Positions 35,429 to 48,204 of a DNA stretch of 64,000 nt are shown piece after piece. This DNA is from Negaprion brevirostris (taxonomy: Eukaryota). Position numbers and translations under genes: made by a program. Numbering within the stretch: the stretch's first letter is position 1; every line of letters begins with the position of its first letter. The notes beneath the pieces are model-generated. The model searched no databases. It worked only from the letters and a program-made list of their open reading frames with translations, and was not told the DNA's origin. The DNA lies in NCBI GenBank assembly GCA_030324005.1, contig JARDVH010000163.1, forward strand, positions 45,884,109 through 45,948,108. Direction: 5' to 3'.

Positions 35429-35947
35429 GATGTGGAGATGCCATTGTTGGATTGGGGTAAACACAGTAAGAAGTCTCACAAACACCAGGTTACAGTCCAA
35501 CAGGTTTATTTGACAGTAATCCCACAAGCTTTCGGAAACGGTGTTCCTTCGTCAGGTGTGTGGAAGGTTCTGATCAGAGACGGGGATGTAAGGACACACA
35601 CAGTTTACAGATTACTGATTGGAATGTGAGTCTTTACAGCTAATCAAGTCTTACGGGTACACACAGTGTGAGTGGAGAGAGGGTTAAGCACAGGTTAAAG
35701 AGATGTGTATCGTCTCCAGACAGGACAGTTAGTGAGATGTTGCAAGCCCAGGAAAGCCATAGGGATTACAGATAATGTGACATGAACCCAAGATCCCGGT
35801 TGAGGCCGTCCTCATGTGTGCGGAACTTGGCTATCAGTCTCTGCTCAGCAATTCTGTGTTGTTGTGTGGCGTGAGGGTTGCCTTGGAGAACGCTTACCCG
35901 AAGATCAGAGACTGAGTGCCTGTGACGGCTGAATTGTTTTCCGACTG
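35429..35947 (-). mobile_element. PLE family A 3' fragment (GIY-YIG C-terminus, 3' UTR, terminal repeat), running into a gap
   Basis: The reverse complement aligns by eye with 3875-4343 and continues through the ...tccaacaatggcatctccacat terminus. Confidence 0.85.
35521..35560 (-). ncRNA. Minimal type-I hammerhead ribozyme motif, core intact
   Basis: The minus strand reads CACAC-CUGACGA-A-GGAA(CACCGU)UUCC-GAAA-GC-UU-GUGGG. It has the CUGANGA and GAAA boxes, stem II, a palindromic AGCU stem III, an NUH site (U17 at 35526) and a CAC/GUG stem I. Confidence 0.7.
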
Positions 35948-36049
35948 NNNNNNNNNNNNNNNNNNNNNNNNNNNNNNNNNNNNNNNNNNNNNNNNNNNNN
36001 NNNNNNNNNNNNNNNNNNNNNNNNNNNNNNNNNNNNNNNNNNNNNNNAT

Positions 36050-36050
<1 letters not shown>

Positions 36051-36083
<33 letters not shown>

Positions 36084-36091
36084 GGGGGGGG
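36051..36091. repeat. (GT)n microsatellite followed by poly-G
   Basis: Direct inspection; adjacent to a gap. Confidence 0.9.
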
Positions 36092-36138
36092 TGGTGCGTG
36101 GAGGCGGGGGGGAGGGTTGGCCTGATCTTTACATGGTT

Positions 36139-36287
36139 GACAGAGGATGCCCCTCTGTAATGAGGGGTTGGTGATTGGCAATCTATGCCCCTCTGTAATG
36201 AGGGGTTGATGCTTGGCAGAGGATGCCCCTCTGTGATGGGCAGTTGGTGTTTGGCGGAGATGCCCCTCTGTGATGAGGGCTGGTGCT
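36139..36287. repeat. 38-bp tandem repeat x4
   Basis: Units start at 36139, 36177, 36215 and 36253; consensus ggcagaggatgcccctctgtaatgaggggttggtgatt. Confidence 0.9.
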
Positions 36288-37849
36288 GCTCCCCTGATCA
36301 GCAGGAGTGGCGGGTTACAATTTCTGTTATGGCTGGGAAGGGAGCAAGTTTAGCAACGTGGAGATCAGGACACCCAGGCTGGCGGGGATGATAGAGCCTC
36401 AAAGCTGCAGCTAACGCTGGTGACTCAGGCACTTCGAGCGATTTGGGAGAATCACGGCCAAAGTTTCTAATTATCAAATATGATTAATGAAAGGCAACTG
36501 AGTATCGACAAGCAGAATTGGGTCACTTTCCTTGTCCATTGGTGAGTCATATTGAAAATTTGGAAGGTTGGAGTGCATGATTTTCTGAACATTAAGTTAA
36601 ATAAAAGAATCATCCCAGCATTTCCAATGTGCATTTAAAGCATGTGAATGCCCTTGGCAGTCCAGAATGTCAAACAATTACCCTGAATGTTTGCATTTTT
36701 AGTAAAATCAGAAAAGAGCAACGGGTACATTGAGGAATTAGATGGACTTGATCTGATCAAAATGATGTCAAATGGGTTTCAGTTAATCTTTTTTGAAGGT
36801 AATTGGTGTTTGGAAATGGAAAAGAAACTTCAGTCTTTGACACAGTGTCAGCAGTTAAGCATAATGCTGTGTGATTGAATTAAATCTCTCCTTTTCTGCA
36901 ATGTTGTACCTTGCCCTTAACTTTGGAGGTGCGGAGGTGGGATGCAATCTTTTTCCATTGCACATTTATAGATTGATATTGCTGATGTGGAAAATAATGT
37001 GGGAAAGAGATAAGATAATTTAGTGCATTCAGCCTCCACAATTTACACTCCCATTGAAGACAAATAGAATTCATACTCTTGCTCTGCCAACAGATCCATA
37101 TCCATCTATTGCCTTGTGAATCAGAACTGTGTCTGTTTTCAACATGTACTACTCTGGTCAGATTAATCTGAGCCTGAATTTCATGGTCACTCCCCTTCCG
37201 TTGCACTCCTCCCCTGCCGCTCCCCAACTCCACCCACCCTTCCCCCATTCTCCTGTCCCAGTCTCACAGTGATTTTATGCTGGGGTGGACAAAGCCTCTA
37301 AGGTGCCACCCATCCTTGCTCCAATTGAGGCCCTTAGGTGGGCTGTTTCCTGCCCAGACTCAATTTCTACTGCACCTCCCTCTCTCCCCACCCTGTCCTC
37401 CCCTAGTCTCTCCTCCAGCACTTTCCATCCTTCTAAGCTTCTTCTCTCTGCCCTGAGTGAGGAATGGGATTCCCACCTGCAGCCAATTGATGCTCATTTG
37501 AGCATGGAATGGCTGTGAGCTGGCTAGTGTTGGTGGGGAACATCCTTCGGAGGGGTATGATTTTGTCATCTGAAATACTCAGGCGCTGGGTTAGATGGTA
37601 TTTTGTTCCCCATCTTAGCACCTTGAAGTACCCACTAAATGATGCCATCTCAGAAATTCCTGTTAGTATCCCTGGATTTAGGGATATCAATTTCCTTTCA
37701 GGAGTCATCATTTATGCCTCTGAATTGTAAACTATCAGCCTGCTGTCAGGTAATCTGGAGTCTCTGGTTCTTGGTCCAGGTGCCAGAAAGTTGAAGTGTT
37801 GAATAGACCAGAACTTTGAACCATACCTCAATGTTGACCTGCAATTTTT

Positions 37850-39320
37850 GTTCCATCATCTACTTATCATGATCTGAAATCAATTTACTTCGGACTCTGG
37901 ACTCTGCATCACAACACTACCACAACCCTGATATTCTTGACATGAAATGTATTTCTGTCACATTGGTCTCCTTGTGACCAGTCACCCTATTTCCAATCTT
38001 GGAGATGACATTGCACGATTTCGGAGGAAACAGTGTCTTCTATCTTGCTTGGAGTCCTGATTCTAACCAACACTGCATCACATTATTTTCTGGCATGCCT
38101 ACTTCAAACTGCTTAAATCTTCAACACGCCCTTCTCAGCATTGTAGTCTCAAACCTTTTGATGACCACTTACGTCTTTGATCTCCAGCATCTTAGTGCAG
38201 ATTGTTGCATCCGAGCAGCAACTCTGCTGGGCCCTTCCCTAACATAACATAATGTGTGGAGTTGCCCTGTTCAAAGCACATATGACAGAAATACTTGCTT
38301 TTCCTTCAACCTGGGCAATTCTTGTCATCATCTCTAAGGGCTGGTTCTGACATTCCACCTCTCCATTTAGTATGTAGTCATTTTGATGTCACTCTGTGAT
38401 AGTGAATCCTTGTGACTTGCATGTAATCAGAAAATATCTATGAGATCAATTACAGGCTCTTGTCTGAGTAGAAAATACAGATAGAACATGCTTCACAAAT
38501 ATCTCAGACAATGCTGCCATTATTCTCCCTGTTGTTGCAGACTCCATCACAACATACTCATAGTAATACTCATTCACAATCAGAATTGTCTCTGCTGATG
38601 GAGACAGACCTTAGAAAAAAGCCTAAATCTTCCCACAGTCCAGCTGGCAATAGTGCGCTGCATATTGGTTCATGTAGGTTGGGTCAGTGAACAGCTTGGC
38701 ATCCATGATGCGATTTGACTATTTTTTTTCTGGGTCCTTCTCCATTCGAGGCCACCAAATTTTTGATTCTCAGGTTCTGCTTCATACTGCCCAGTTCTCA
38801 ATGAACCATTCTATGCCTTATACAGTTGCTGCACTATAAGTCTGAGCACATTCCCAATTGCGTAGTTCATCTCTCATAGCAACGTGGACCCTACGTGGAC
38901 ACTTCTCCCACTCTCTTGTCCGGACCCTCTGCCTGGTGTCCTCCAAATCTGAATCTTTGCCTGCTTCACTTGCCATGTCCCTAGAACTCTGTAGTTCTAG
39001 AAAATACCAGTAGAAATTGAACAAATGATTCAGCTTTCTTCTCTAGCGTAGACCCTTCTTGTCCAACCTCAGTAGCTTTAAAGGTAAATCTGAACTGTTC
39101 ATCCAGCAATGTGAACAACCTTGTACTTAAATTGCTGAAGTCTCTCTTGATCCTAGCACATGGTTTTGACCTTGGAGTGTATATAACCTCTTCATCAGCA
39201 ACTCAACTTTGGTGCCAAATGGACAAGTATGAAGTCTTTCACATACCCAGACCAATCACAAACCTCTTTCTATATCTGAGAACATTGCCCCTCTACATTG
39301 ACAAAGGCTGTCAGAAAAAA
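37850..39320 (-). mobile_element. Decayed Ty3/Gypsy LTR-retrotransposon pol fragment (RNase H + integrase)
   Basis: Minus-strand translation across frameshifts gives SLSNVE..SQIE..LVWVCERLH..FGTKVELL (RNase H), MKQNLR..WWPRMEKD..HGCQ (zinc-finger region), EPI..LLPAGLWEDL, TILIVNEYY, NGEVECQNQ and RATPH..GKGPAELL (integrase core). No LTRs seen. Confidence 0.8.
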
Positions 39321-39534
39321 TAAGGATATTCTCTTTTTGGATTGCTGTCCCTTAATAAAGGTGGGATGAGGTTAAAGAAAATATTCACTCACATTTAAAT
39401 GGAATACAATTTTAGATACCTTTGGCTTTAAGTTGGGAAAACTGATTGACAATATCCTGACTACCTTAAGTTGCTATGTGCATTGATATTTAGAGGATGG
39501 ATTTTCCATTTGTCATCAAGTGTAAATTTGGCAT

Positions 39535-39720
39535 AAATAAAAATAGAAAATGCTGAACAAGCCCTGTAGGTCTGCCTCCCTTCATTCTTAAAATGAGTCA
39601 TATTTGACTTGAAACTTTAACTCTATTTCTCTCCCAATCCATATTGCCAGATGTGCTGAGCTTTTACAGCATTTTCCTTTTAATTTCAGATTTGCAGCTC
39701 CTGCAGTATTCTATTTTTAT
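39535..39720. mobile_element. PLE family B terminal repeats, short inverted copy plus forward copy
   Basis: aaaatgctgaacaagccctgtaggtctg followed by gagtcatatttgacttGAAActttaactct...cagatgtgctgagcttttacagcatttt. Confidence 0.6.
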
Positions 39721-41899
39721 TATGTAAATTTGGCATTGCTGATTGATAACCATTATACGCTCAATTTTTACTTCCATTGACTTCAAGTCGAAAATCAAAT
39801 CAAAACTGCTGATATTTGAAGTGCTCACAGTGCAACCTGAATGCATTCATTTATCCAAGTGCTTCAACTTCATACTTTGTTACAGGGAAAAAAGTGCTGT
39901 GAAGTTCTCTCAGTAAAGCAAAACAATCATAGGCACATTTATGAGTAATGACTGGAATCAAAGACTGATGAAAATGTTAAAGTGGTAAATCAAATTGGGG
40001 AAGCTGCTGATTCATAGCTTCTTTCTCAGTTCTGTATTCTAAGGCACGTCCAATGTACAGCATCATAATCTCCAACACTGATAGGGCAAGAAGGCAGCTC
40101 CCAAATCCACCCCNNNNNNNNNNNNNNNNNNNNNNNNNNTCTTGGAAGGATTTGCAGATTGATGTTTAAATTCTTTAGTCACGTTATGGACACATCTTCC
40201 TTGGCCAGTGGGTCCTGGAGTTGGACTTGAAACCAGAGCTTCTGGCTCAGGGCAGAGGCTTTATCCACTGAGCCACAAGATCTCTCAACTAATTTTGTGC
40301 TGCAAGTTATTTTTAATGAAAGCAGAGTGATATTGCTATAAATGTAGATCAATTCTGTAACAAAGGACATTTGCATGTGCCAGCAACAATACTTTGAGGC
40401 CTTGAAATCACATTGTGCAAACATAACATCCTATGCAATTCCTTTATCTACTGTTTTGATGGATTCATTTAAAATCAATGGGTTAACACATTTGTTAAAT
40501 ATCAGAGAGATGAATTGCATATGAATGTGATAATCACACTGTAATTTCAAGCACCAATTGTTCTAATGAATGTTGACACTTTGGACTTCGAAGAGAGCAG
40601 GAATGTGGTGGAGGTGAGTGGTGCAATGCTGAGTAAAGAAAGTTCAAGTAAGAGAAAAAGTTCTTGACATTTTGTGACCTTCCCAGTCCATTTTACTTGG
40701 AGAAAACAGAATTCAAACCATTGCTCAAATAACTTATTGATAAAAGCATTCCACGCAGAGTGAAATAATAGGTGCAGAGACTTTATCTTGAATTCATTTC
40801 CATTCAATTAACCTCATTATTACTGTTTGATGTTTCAGACAAAGGGTTTCAAAGAATAAATTAGGAAGCTCTTGTTGAGGTAAAAAGATTAAGGAAAATC
40901 AGGCTGCAGAATGTTTAATGTATTTAGCACACTGATTTGAACACTATTTCAGATAGTTTCCGAGACTAACATATTTTTATGAAAAATAAACAGTTTTCCT
41001 TTGGAGTGCAGTGGTAGCAGACAGGACCATAAGGAACATCAAAAATTATAAAAGACAAATTAATTCACTAATATTCATCAGTACGGTTTATTAATTCTCC
41101 TATCACAGATTTTAACTGAGAATTAAATTGGGTATTTTTTTTGTTGAACTCTATTTTGTGTCTTTTTTTGCTTTACTTGGAACATTAATCATATGTGGCA
41201 AACAACAAAACAATTACAGTTATGTCCAAATAACTTCCTGTTTAATTTGGGTATTAAAAAAATGGTTCATTTGACTTTAAAAAGTTTTTCAAAAGTAATA
41301 AAGAAATAACAATATCTGTGCCGGGAATCTCTGACCTCATCCACTACTGGGATTCTCTGGTGCTGCTACAGTGAATGGAGCAAATTCTCCATTCTCGCTG
41401 GNNNNNNNNNNNNNNNNNNNNNNNNNNNNNNNNNNNNNNNNNNNNNNNNNNNNNNNNNNNNNNNNNNNNNNNNNNNNNNNNNNNNNNNNNNNNNNNNNNN
41501 NNNNNNNNNNNNNNNNNNNNNNNNNNNNNNNNNNNNNNNNNNNNNNNNNNNNNNNNNNNNNNNNNNNNNNNNNNNNNNNNNNNNNNNNNNNNNNNNNNNN
41601 NNNNNNNNNNNNNNNNNNNNNNNNNNNNNNNNNNNNNNNNNNNNNNNNNNNNNNNNNNNNNNNNNNNNNNNNNNNNNNNNNNNNNNNNNNNNNNNNNNNN
41701 NNNNNNNNNNNNNNNNNNNNNNNNNNNNNNNNNNNNNNNNNNNNNNNNNNNNNNNNNNNNNNNNNNNNNNNNNNNNNNNNNNNNNNNNNNNNNNNNNNNN
41801 NNNNNNNNNNNNNNNNNNNNNNNNNNNNNNNNNNNNNNNNNNNNNNNNNNNNNNNNNNNNNNNNNNNNNNNNNNNNNNNNNNNNNNNNNNNNNNNNNNN

Positions 41900-42092
41900 G
41901 GTGGTGGGGGCCTGGAATGCACTGCCAAGCAAGGTGGTTGAGGTGGACACGCTGGGATCGTTTAAGACTTATCTAGATAGCCACATGAACAGACTGGGAA
42001 CAGAGGGATACAAACAAATGGTCCAGTTGGGCTCATGAGTGGCTCAGGCTTGGAGGGCCGAAGGGGCTGTTCCTGTGCTGTGTTGTTCTTTG
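41900..42092 (+). mobile_element. CR1 3' end
   Basis: WNALP..VVE..FK..LD motif and gggccgaaggg..cctgtgctgt tail. Confidence 0.8.
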
Positions 42093-42539
42093 TAAAACTG
42101 GAAATTCCTATCCGAGTTCAATGGTACCTTAAGTGGTCCGTCACACTTTTCGTCCGTTCCATGGCAAGTCCTGGGGTGTGTGGCACCAGAAAATTGACTC
42201 CAATGGCTTTGGTTGAGACAACATTTAACTTGAGGTGGTTTCTCATATAATACTGAATGTAAGACAAGCAGTGTGACAAATAGATTGAGGCAGGCTGTGA
42301 TGAAGTCCAGATGACTGCCATCTGTTTGCATATGAAATGTGAGGAATGATGGAGATGGACCAAGAGGCAGATTGTAAATGACAAATACAATGTGCAGGGT
42401 TCCCTGAACTCGTTCCTGCTGTGCTGCCAGCGAGAATGGAGAATTTAGCGTTCAGCAGCGGCACTGGAAAATCCCAGGGCTGGATGAGGTCAGAGGTTTA
42501 TGCTGCATAAATTTCACCCTCTAGTTGATAACTTAGGAA

Positions 42540-43330
42540 AGTAAGAATCAGAATAAGGCATTCAAACTCTAGAGCCTGTTCTGTCATTCTATTAGATCAT
42601 GCTGATCTGTATTTTAATTCCACCTACCTGCCTTAGTTCTGTAAGCATTAACATCCCGTCTGAGCAAAAAATTTATCAATTTCAATTTTAAAATTTTCAG
42701 CTGATCTAGCCTTAAGCAAACTTTTGTGGGGGAGACTTCCAGATTTCCACTCGCCTTTATGCAAACAAATAGCTGAACAAGCTAGCTGTAATATCCAGGT
42801 GAAGTCTCCTTGTTCTGGATTCACCCACCAGAGGAAATATCTCTCCCACCCTATCAAATTCTCTAATCAATTAAATTATCCCTTAAAATTCAGATCTCAA
42901 GGGAATCAAAGCATAGTCTCTGCAACCAGTCCTTATAATTATTGCATTTTGATATCATTCTGATGAATCTGTGTTGCACTGCCTCCAAGTCAGTATCTTT
43001 TTGGAGACGAGGGATCCGGAATTGAGCGTAGATGGGATTGCAGATAGGATCTAACTAGAGCTCACCACAGCTGTAACGTAATTTGCAGCTGTTTATATTT
43101 CAACCTCTTTGAGGGTAAGGCCAATATTCCATTCATCTGATAAATTATTTTTTGCAGCTATCCACTAGCTTCAAGTGGTTCCTGTATTTGGACCCCTAAA
43201 CTTATTTGCTTATCCACAGTTTGTAGCTTACCACAATTTAGAAAGTGCTCCAATTATCTATCCCTTGGAGGTCCAAAGTGGATACCCTCACAGTTTTCCA
43301 CAACAACGTCTATCTGTCAGTTTTATCCAA
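42540..43330 (-). mobile_element. Old CR1 3' fragment
   Basis: Reverse-complement CR1 3' UTR and ORF2 end (NFKIEIDKF). Confidence 0.65.
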
Positions 43331-43370
43331 TATTTTCTTGCATTTCTAGTTAGAATACACCATTGTATGA

Positions 43371-43683
43371 GGGTGGCATGGTGGTTAGCTCTGATGCCTC
43401 ACAATGAAGGTTTGACTGTTTGTTTGGAGTTTGTACCTTCTCCTTGCGTCTGCATGGGTTTCCTCTGGAAGCTCTGGTTTCTTCCCACAGTCCAAAGCTG
43501 TGTAGATTGAGTTGATTGGCCAAGATAAATTGCCCCTTAATGTCCAAAGATCTGTGTGTTAGAGGAATTAGCAAGGTAAATATGTGGAGTTAGAGGTATA
43601 GGAGCTGGGTAAAATGCTCTGTCAGAGAGTTGGTGCAGGCTCGATTGACCGAATGGCCTCCTGGATTGTAGCATTCTATGATT
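43371..43683 (+). mobile_element. HE1/V-SINE, CR1-type tail
   Basis: gggtggcatggtggttagc..gaatggcctcct..attctatgat. Confidence 0.85.
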
Positions 43684-45970
43684 GTGGAATTGTGGTGAAT
43701 TGGAAAGAATGCAGTCTACAGCAAACTGTGGATCTTGTCGAGACCAATGTGTTACAACTAGGTGAGGAGGCATCAACTTGCTGCCCTCTATTCAGCCTCT
43801 TCAATTGGTCACAACAAAACGTTTTGAAAGTTTATTTTCTCTGTGGATGCCTTTTCCAAATCCAACTGTATTTTTTATTATCTTATAATTTATTATATAT
43901 TTTATTCAGGCAGTGAAAAATAAAGAGCCAATCACAACATTTTCTTTGGTCAAAGTTATTAGCTACTAAACTCAAGAAAGAAAAATTATGATGACACACA
44001 TAGACATCAGAAATAAGAAAAGTTAGAGTCCAAAATAAAAGTTAAAAGAATAAATGACTAAGTCCTTGAGGGGTAGATTATTTAATGTTGTGGCCATTTT
44101 CAGTTAGCTTTTCCTTTAAAACCGCAGAGTTGAGTTGAATTCCGTGTAACCACATTTCATGCAAACAATTACTTTTAAAAAAAATCTGTGATCTGGCTTC
44201 TAGAAATCAATGCGCTTCTCCTTTGGTTCTGTCTGATGAACATTCACTATTTCTTATGCTGGATTTTTTGACTATAGAGATAGGGATTTACTTAACTTAA
44301 GAAAGAGAGAATGATTCCTTACTGCTCCGATAGCAGCTTCTCCACATTCCTCTGATTCTGCTTGGCAAAACCAATTCTTAAAATCCTGCTTGCTGTATAT
44401 TTTCTATATATTGTAGGACAAGTAATCATATTTTGATAATCTCAGAACATTTTGACATGTTTGAAGATAGTGGAAAACAATAGTAGATAGGCTTCTTTCA
44501 CGCTACACAAGAGGTTTGAGTGGCTGTTGGTTATATATCCCCATTCTCTTGATGGGATTACATATGATTTGAACCTTGACACCACCAGATGTGATACTCT
44601 GTGAGCAGCATGTCAGGACATAGTTGCAGTATAATCCATTTGGTAACTATTCAGAAGTAGTCCACTAACAATGCTAGACATCAGGTGACTGGTGACAGCA
44701 TCTTTGGTCACTGTAGATTGTTGTCTTTAAAAAACAGTAAATTTCAAATAGTTCAGCATGTTTTTGGTTAGCTGCTAAAGTTATAGTACATACCACTCAG
44801 TCACAATTTCCCATTGTTGTGACAGGTGTGAGTTCTTTGTTGTAATGGTAGTTGAAGCCCTGAAGTTAACACCAATGCTATATTACTGTCACTTCATTGC
44901 AATTTAGATTCTGGTGTAGACTTCATTTCTGCACAGGAAATTGCAAATGAACTCACTTATTTGTCAGGATTCTTCCCAGTTGGTGGCATAGTTGCCGGAT
45001 TTTTTTTTTAACCAATCTCCATATCCTACTAAATTGTTATGCTGATCAAGATCCCCAAGCCTAGCAATCAGAGTTAGTAAAGAGTTCTCTATTTCCTGTG
45101 CTGTCTGATTGGTAGCAGAATTAAAATTGGGAATTATCATAATCATATTGATTCCAACAAGAGGTTAAGTTACATTACATATGGAGTGATGCAATTAATA
45201 ATGCAAGTCCCTTACTCCATAACTTCTTCTTTCCATTGCACCATTCAATGGTGTCCTCATGATAGATGTAAGTTCCACAGATACTCTGGGCTGTGAATGC
45301 AGCTGTGCAGTACCCATTTTTGTGGTAATTGAGAAAATTTGATGGAAAAATAAAGAAGTGTTAATAATACAACTCAATCGCAGAATCACAGAATTGTTAG
45401 AGTGTAGAAAGACAGCTTTTGGCATTATCTTTACTGTTGGTCCAAAAGAGCATCTTGACTTTGTGTCATTTCCCTGCCTTTATCCCACACCCCTGCATAC
45501 TGTTTCTATTTAAGTAATGCCTTCTTTAATGCCTCGATTGAACATGCCTCCACCATAGTTGCACTCCAGACCTGAACCATTTGCTGTGTCAAAAGATTTT
45601 TCTCACATCACTTCTTCTTTTGCAAAGTCTGTACTCTCCCACTCTTGATTTATTAACCTATTAACCTGCTATTAATGTACAAATCATCTGGAAACATTTG
45701 ATGAGACAGAATGACAAATCTCTACATGTTGCTGGTTGAGTTACACCGCTGCAATTTATCTTTGCAAAAACAGCTCTTGATTTTCATGAACAACCTCACT
45801 TTCATGACATTGCTGCAACCACATATTAATTTCACATTAATTGCTCATTAGATCCACCAGTAATTAATAATGTAGTAATTATTACTACTTACCAATCAAT
45901 CTCTCTTGCCTAGAAAGTGAAATTAGAAGTGTAGTTTTATCCTTTCTGGTTGTGATATATTGTTATAATA

Positions 45971-46902
45971 GGGGCCTTATTTTACCACTTTGATTCTAAG
46001 TGCTGAATCTGGATGCAATTCAGATTCGACTTGGAAACCTGTTCACAGGCGCTCCCTTACGCACTTAGTCTGAAAAAATAATTGCAAGTCTTAATCATGC
46101 AGTGGGCAGGGCTTATCATGCCTGAAATGCCGCTGCCCTGACTGGAGCCTTCAAATGCGCAAGCACAGTTAAAAAAAATTTGAAAAATGCGCCCTTGTCA
46201 CATCACTCCTGGGCCCCAAAAAGTGGATAAAGAGGCCCAAGAGTGATTGCCCCCACAGATCTTGGCCCACCTCCGCAACATAACTGTGCCCGTTATCCAT
46301 GCCTCCTTCGCTNNNNNNNNNNNNNNNNNNNNNNNNNNNNNNNNNNNNNNNNNNNNNNNNNNNNNNNNNNNNNNNNNNNNNNNNNNNNNNNNNNNNNNNN
46401 NNNNNNNNNNNNNNNNNNNNNNNNNNNNNNNNNNNNNNNTACTTCTGTCCCTTTGCTCCCACTTCCCCCCACTAGATCATGACCTGGCCGTCCTGCTTCC
46501 CTGTCCCCTCCAGCCCTGACCAGGGAACAATCTGTCCCTCCTGCTCCCCTTCCTCCCAATCAGAGAATGATCTGATCCACCTCCCTCCCCCCCACTACCA
46601 ATCTGAGTCAGAGAGCCATTGGAAGCTCTGAACATATCTTTTCAGAAGCTGGAGCGCCTGTAACAGATCTTTGCCAAGCATGTCTTTTTCATGCTGAATC
46701 TGGACAGGCGAATGTGATGGTAAAGGTGGAAGTGTAGGTAAGAATGGGCGTCCAGTCCATTATGTCAATTTAAATGCATGCAACCATTTTCGGACCTTGG
46801 TAAAGTGGGAATTTTTGTGGATGCAGGTGCAGATTGCACTATTCGACTTTACCATGTTTTCACGCCCAAAAATGGGTGCAACACAATGATAAAATCGCCC
46901 CC
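45971..46902. mobile_element. Non-autonomous TIR element, about 930 bp including a gap
   Basis: ggggccttattttacca ... tgataaaatcgcccc termini with a GC-rich interior. Confidence 0.55.
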
Positions 46903-47928
46903 TGAAAACTGCTTTTTTCAGTGGCATTTTCAAAATGAATCTCCCAAATCTGTGCATCACACCATGTCCTACTGTGAATCACATTGAAAATCAGGGGGTG
47001 AGGCCTATTCCTGCTAGCAAGGCTGGGAGCACAGTACTGAGCAGGCCACTGGGCATGCACCAATCTGTCAGCGCTGAGATTGGTGCATGCTCATTGGCCC
47101 CACACCGCCAGCCTCCTGATCGCTGGCCAGCCCTGCGACCCCTGCATCGTTGGCCCTCAGAATCCACCATGGCCCTATCACTGGTCCTCTGAACATGTCT
47201 GGGCCAGCCTGTATGTGATTTGACATTTAATTCAGCCACTCAAATTCACTCACTTCCTCAGCCAGTCCTGTTTCTTTCTAAATCTTTAAATCGCGCTGGT
47301 TATCCTATTGTTCACCAGATGCCCTGTTTCTCTCACCACATTGTCACCAGCTCGCACTTCCACCAGCTCTATATTTGAGTTGAGTAGTCCAAGAGCATGT
47401 CAGACTCTGCGCTAGCAAGTTCTAAGTCAATGAAAATTGGATAAAAACCAAATGTGGAATTTGGGATCATGGGGTAAATTTCAACTTACTGCTCAGGAAA
47501 TTAATGAAGCCATTGCCATGTAAAATGGCATTTGACTGCAAATGAGAAAATGAGGAATACAAAACTGAAAATACTTTTTCAAATCCCTTGCTAATTTATC
47601 TTTGTTGCCCTTTGATGAGATCTGACCTGTCCATCTCATAATGAATGTCTTGTTGGCATTTCAATCTCTGCAATTCTCAGATTACAATGTATAATTTTAT
47701 TGACCGGAGAAAATAAATGTACATTAATACTGTAAGTATACTTAAACTCAGGCTGTGCGTTATATGCTGAAAGTACTTGCATTACTTTTATTGGGTCTTG
47801 CATTATGCAGTACACCTTCTAAGGAATCCCATTAATGATTTTTAGTTTTTTCTTTCTGGAATTTTGTTTGCTTTGCCAGTTTTAATAACCTCCACGATAC
47901 TAAACATGAATCCATTTATCTTTAATAG

Positions 47929-48149
47929 GTATACTTGGAGCAGTGGCTATGGACTTCTTTAATAGTGAAATCACAATGGAAATTGTGAGCCACATGGAAG
48001 AGGAGGAACGAACTGGTAAAAAGGAGCATGTTGTTTTTCTGGTAACTCAGAAGCCAGCATATACACAAAAACGACGCAGCAGATTGTCTGCAAAGCCACA
48101 GTATCTGTCTGATACATGCAAACAAAGTGAAAAGCAGTTAAATAAATTG
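47929..48149 (+). CDS. gucy1b2: gucy1b2 exon 6 (GILGAVAMDFFNSEITMEIV...GKKEHVVFLV...KQLNKL)
   Basis: tttaatag| acceptor and |gtatgt donor; 221 nt; end of H-NOX (EHVVF) plus linker; overlaps ORF 47943..48167. Confidence 0.92.
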
Positions 48150-48204
48150 GTATGTTGCAAAGTTTAAATATTCTTACTATTACAGTAATAGCCAGTATTG
48201 ATTA

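Noticed and set aside
36139-36287. CRISPR-like array (38-bp period, palindromic unit)
   Set aside because: No unique spacers and no cas genes; eukaryotic intron.
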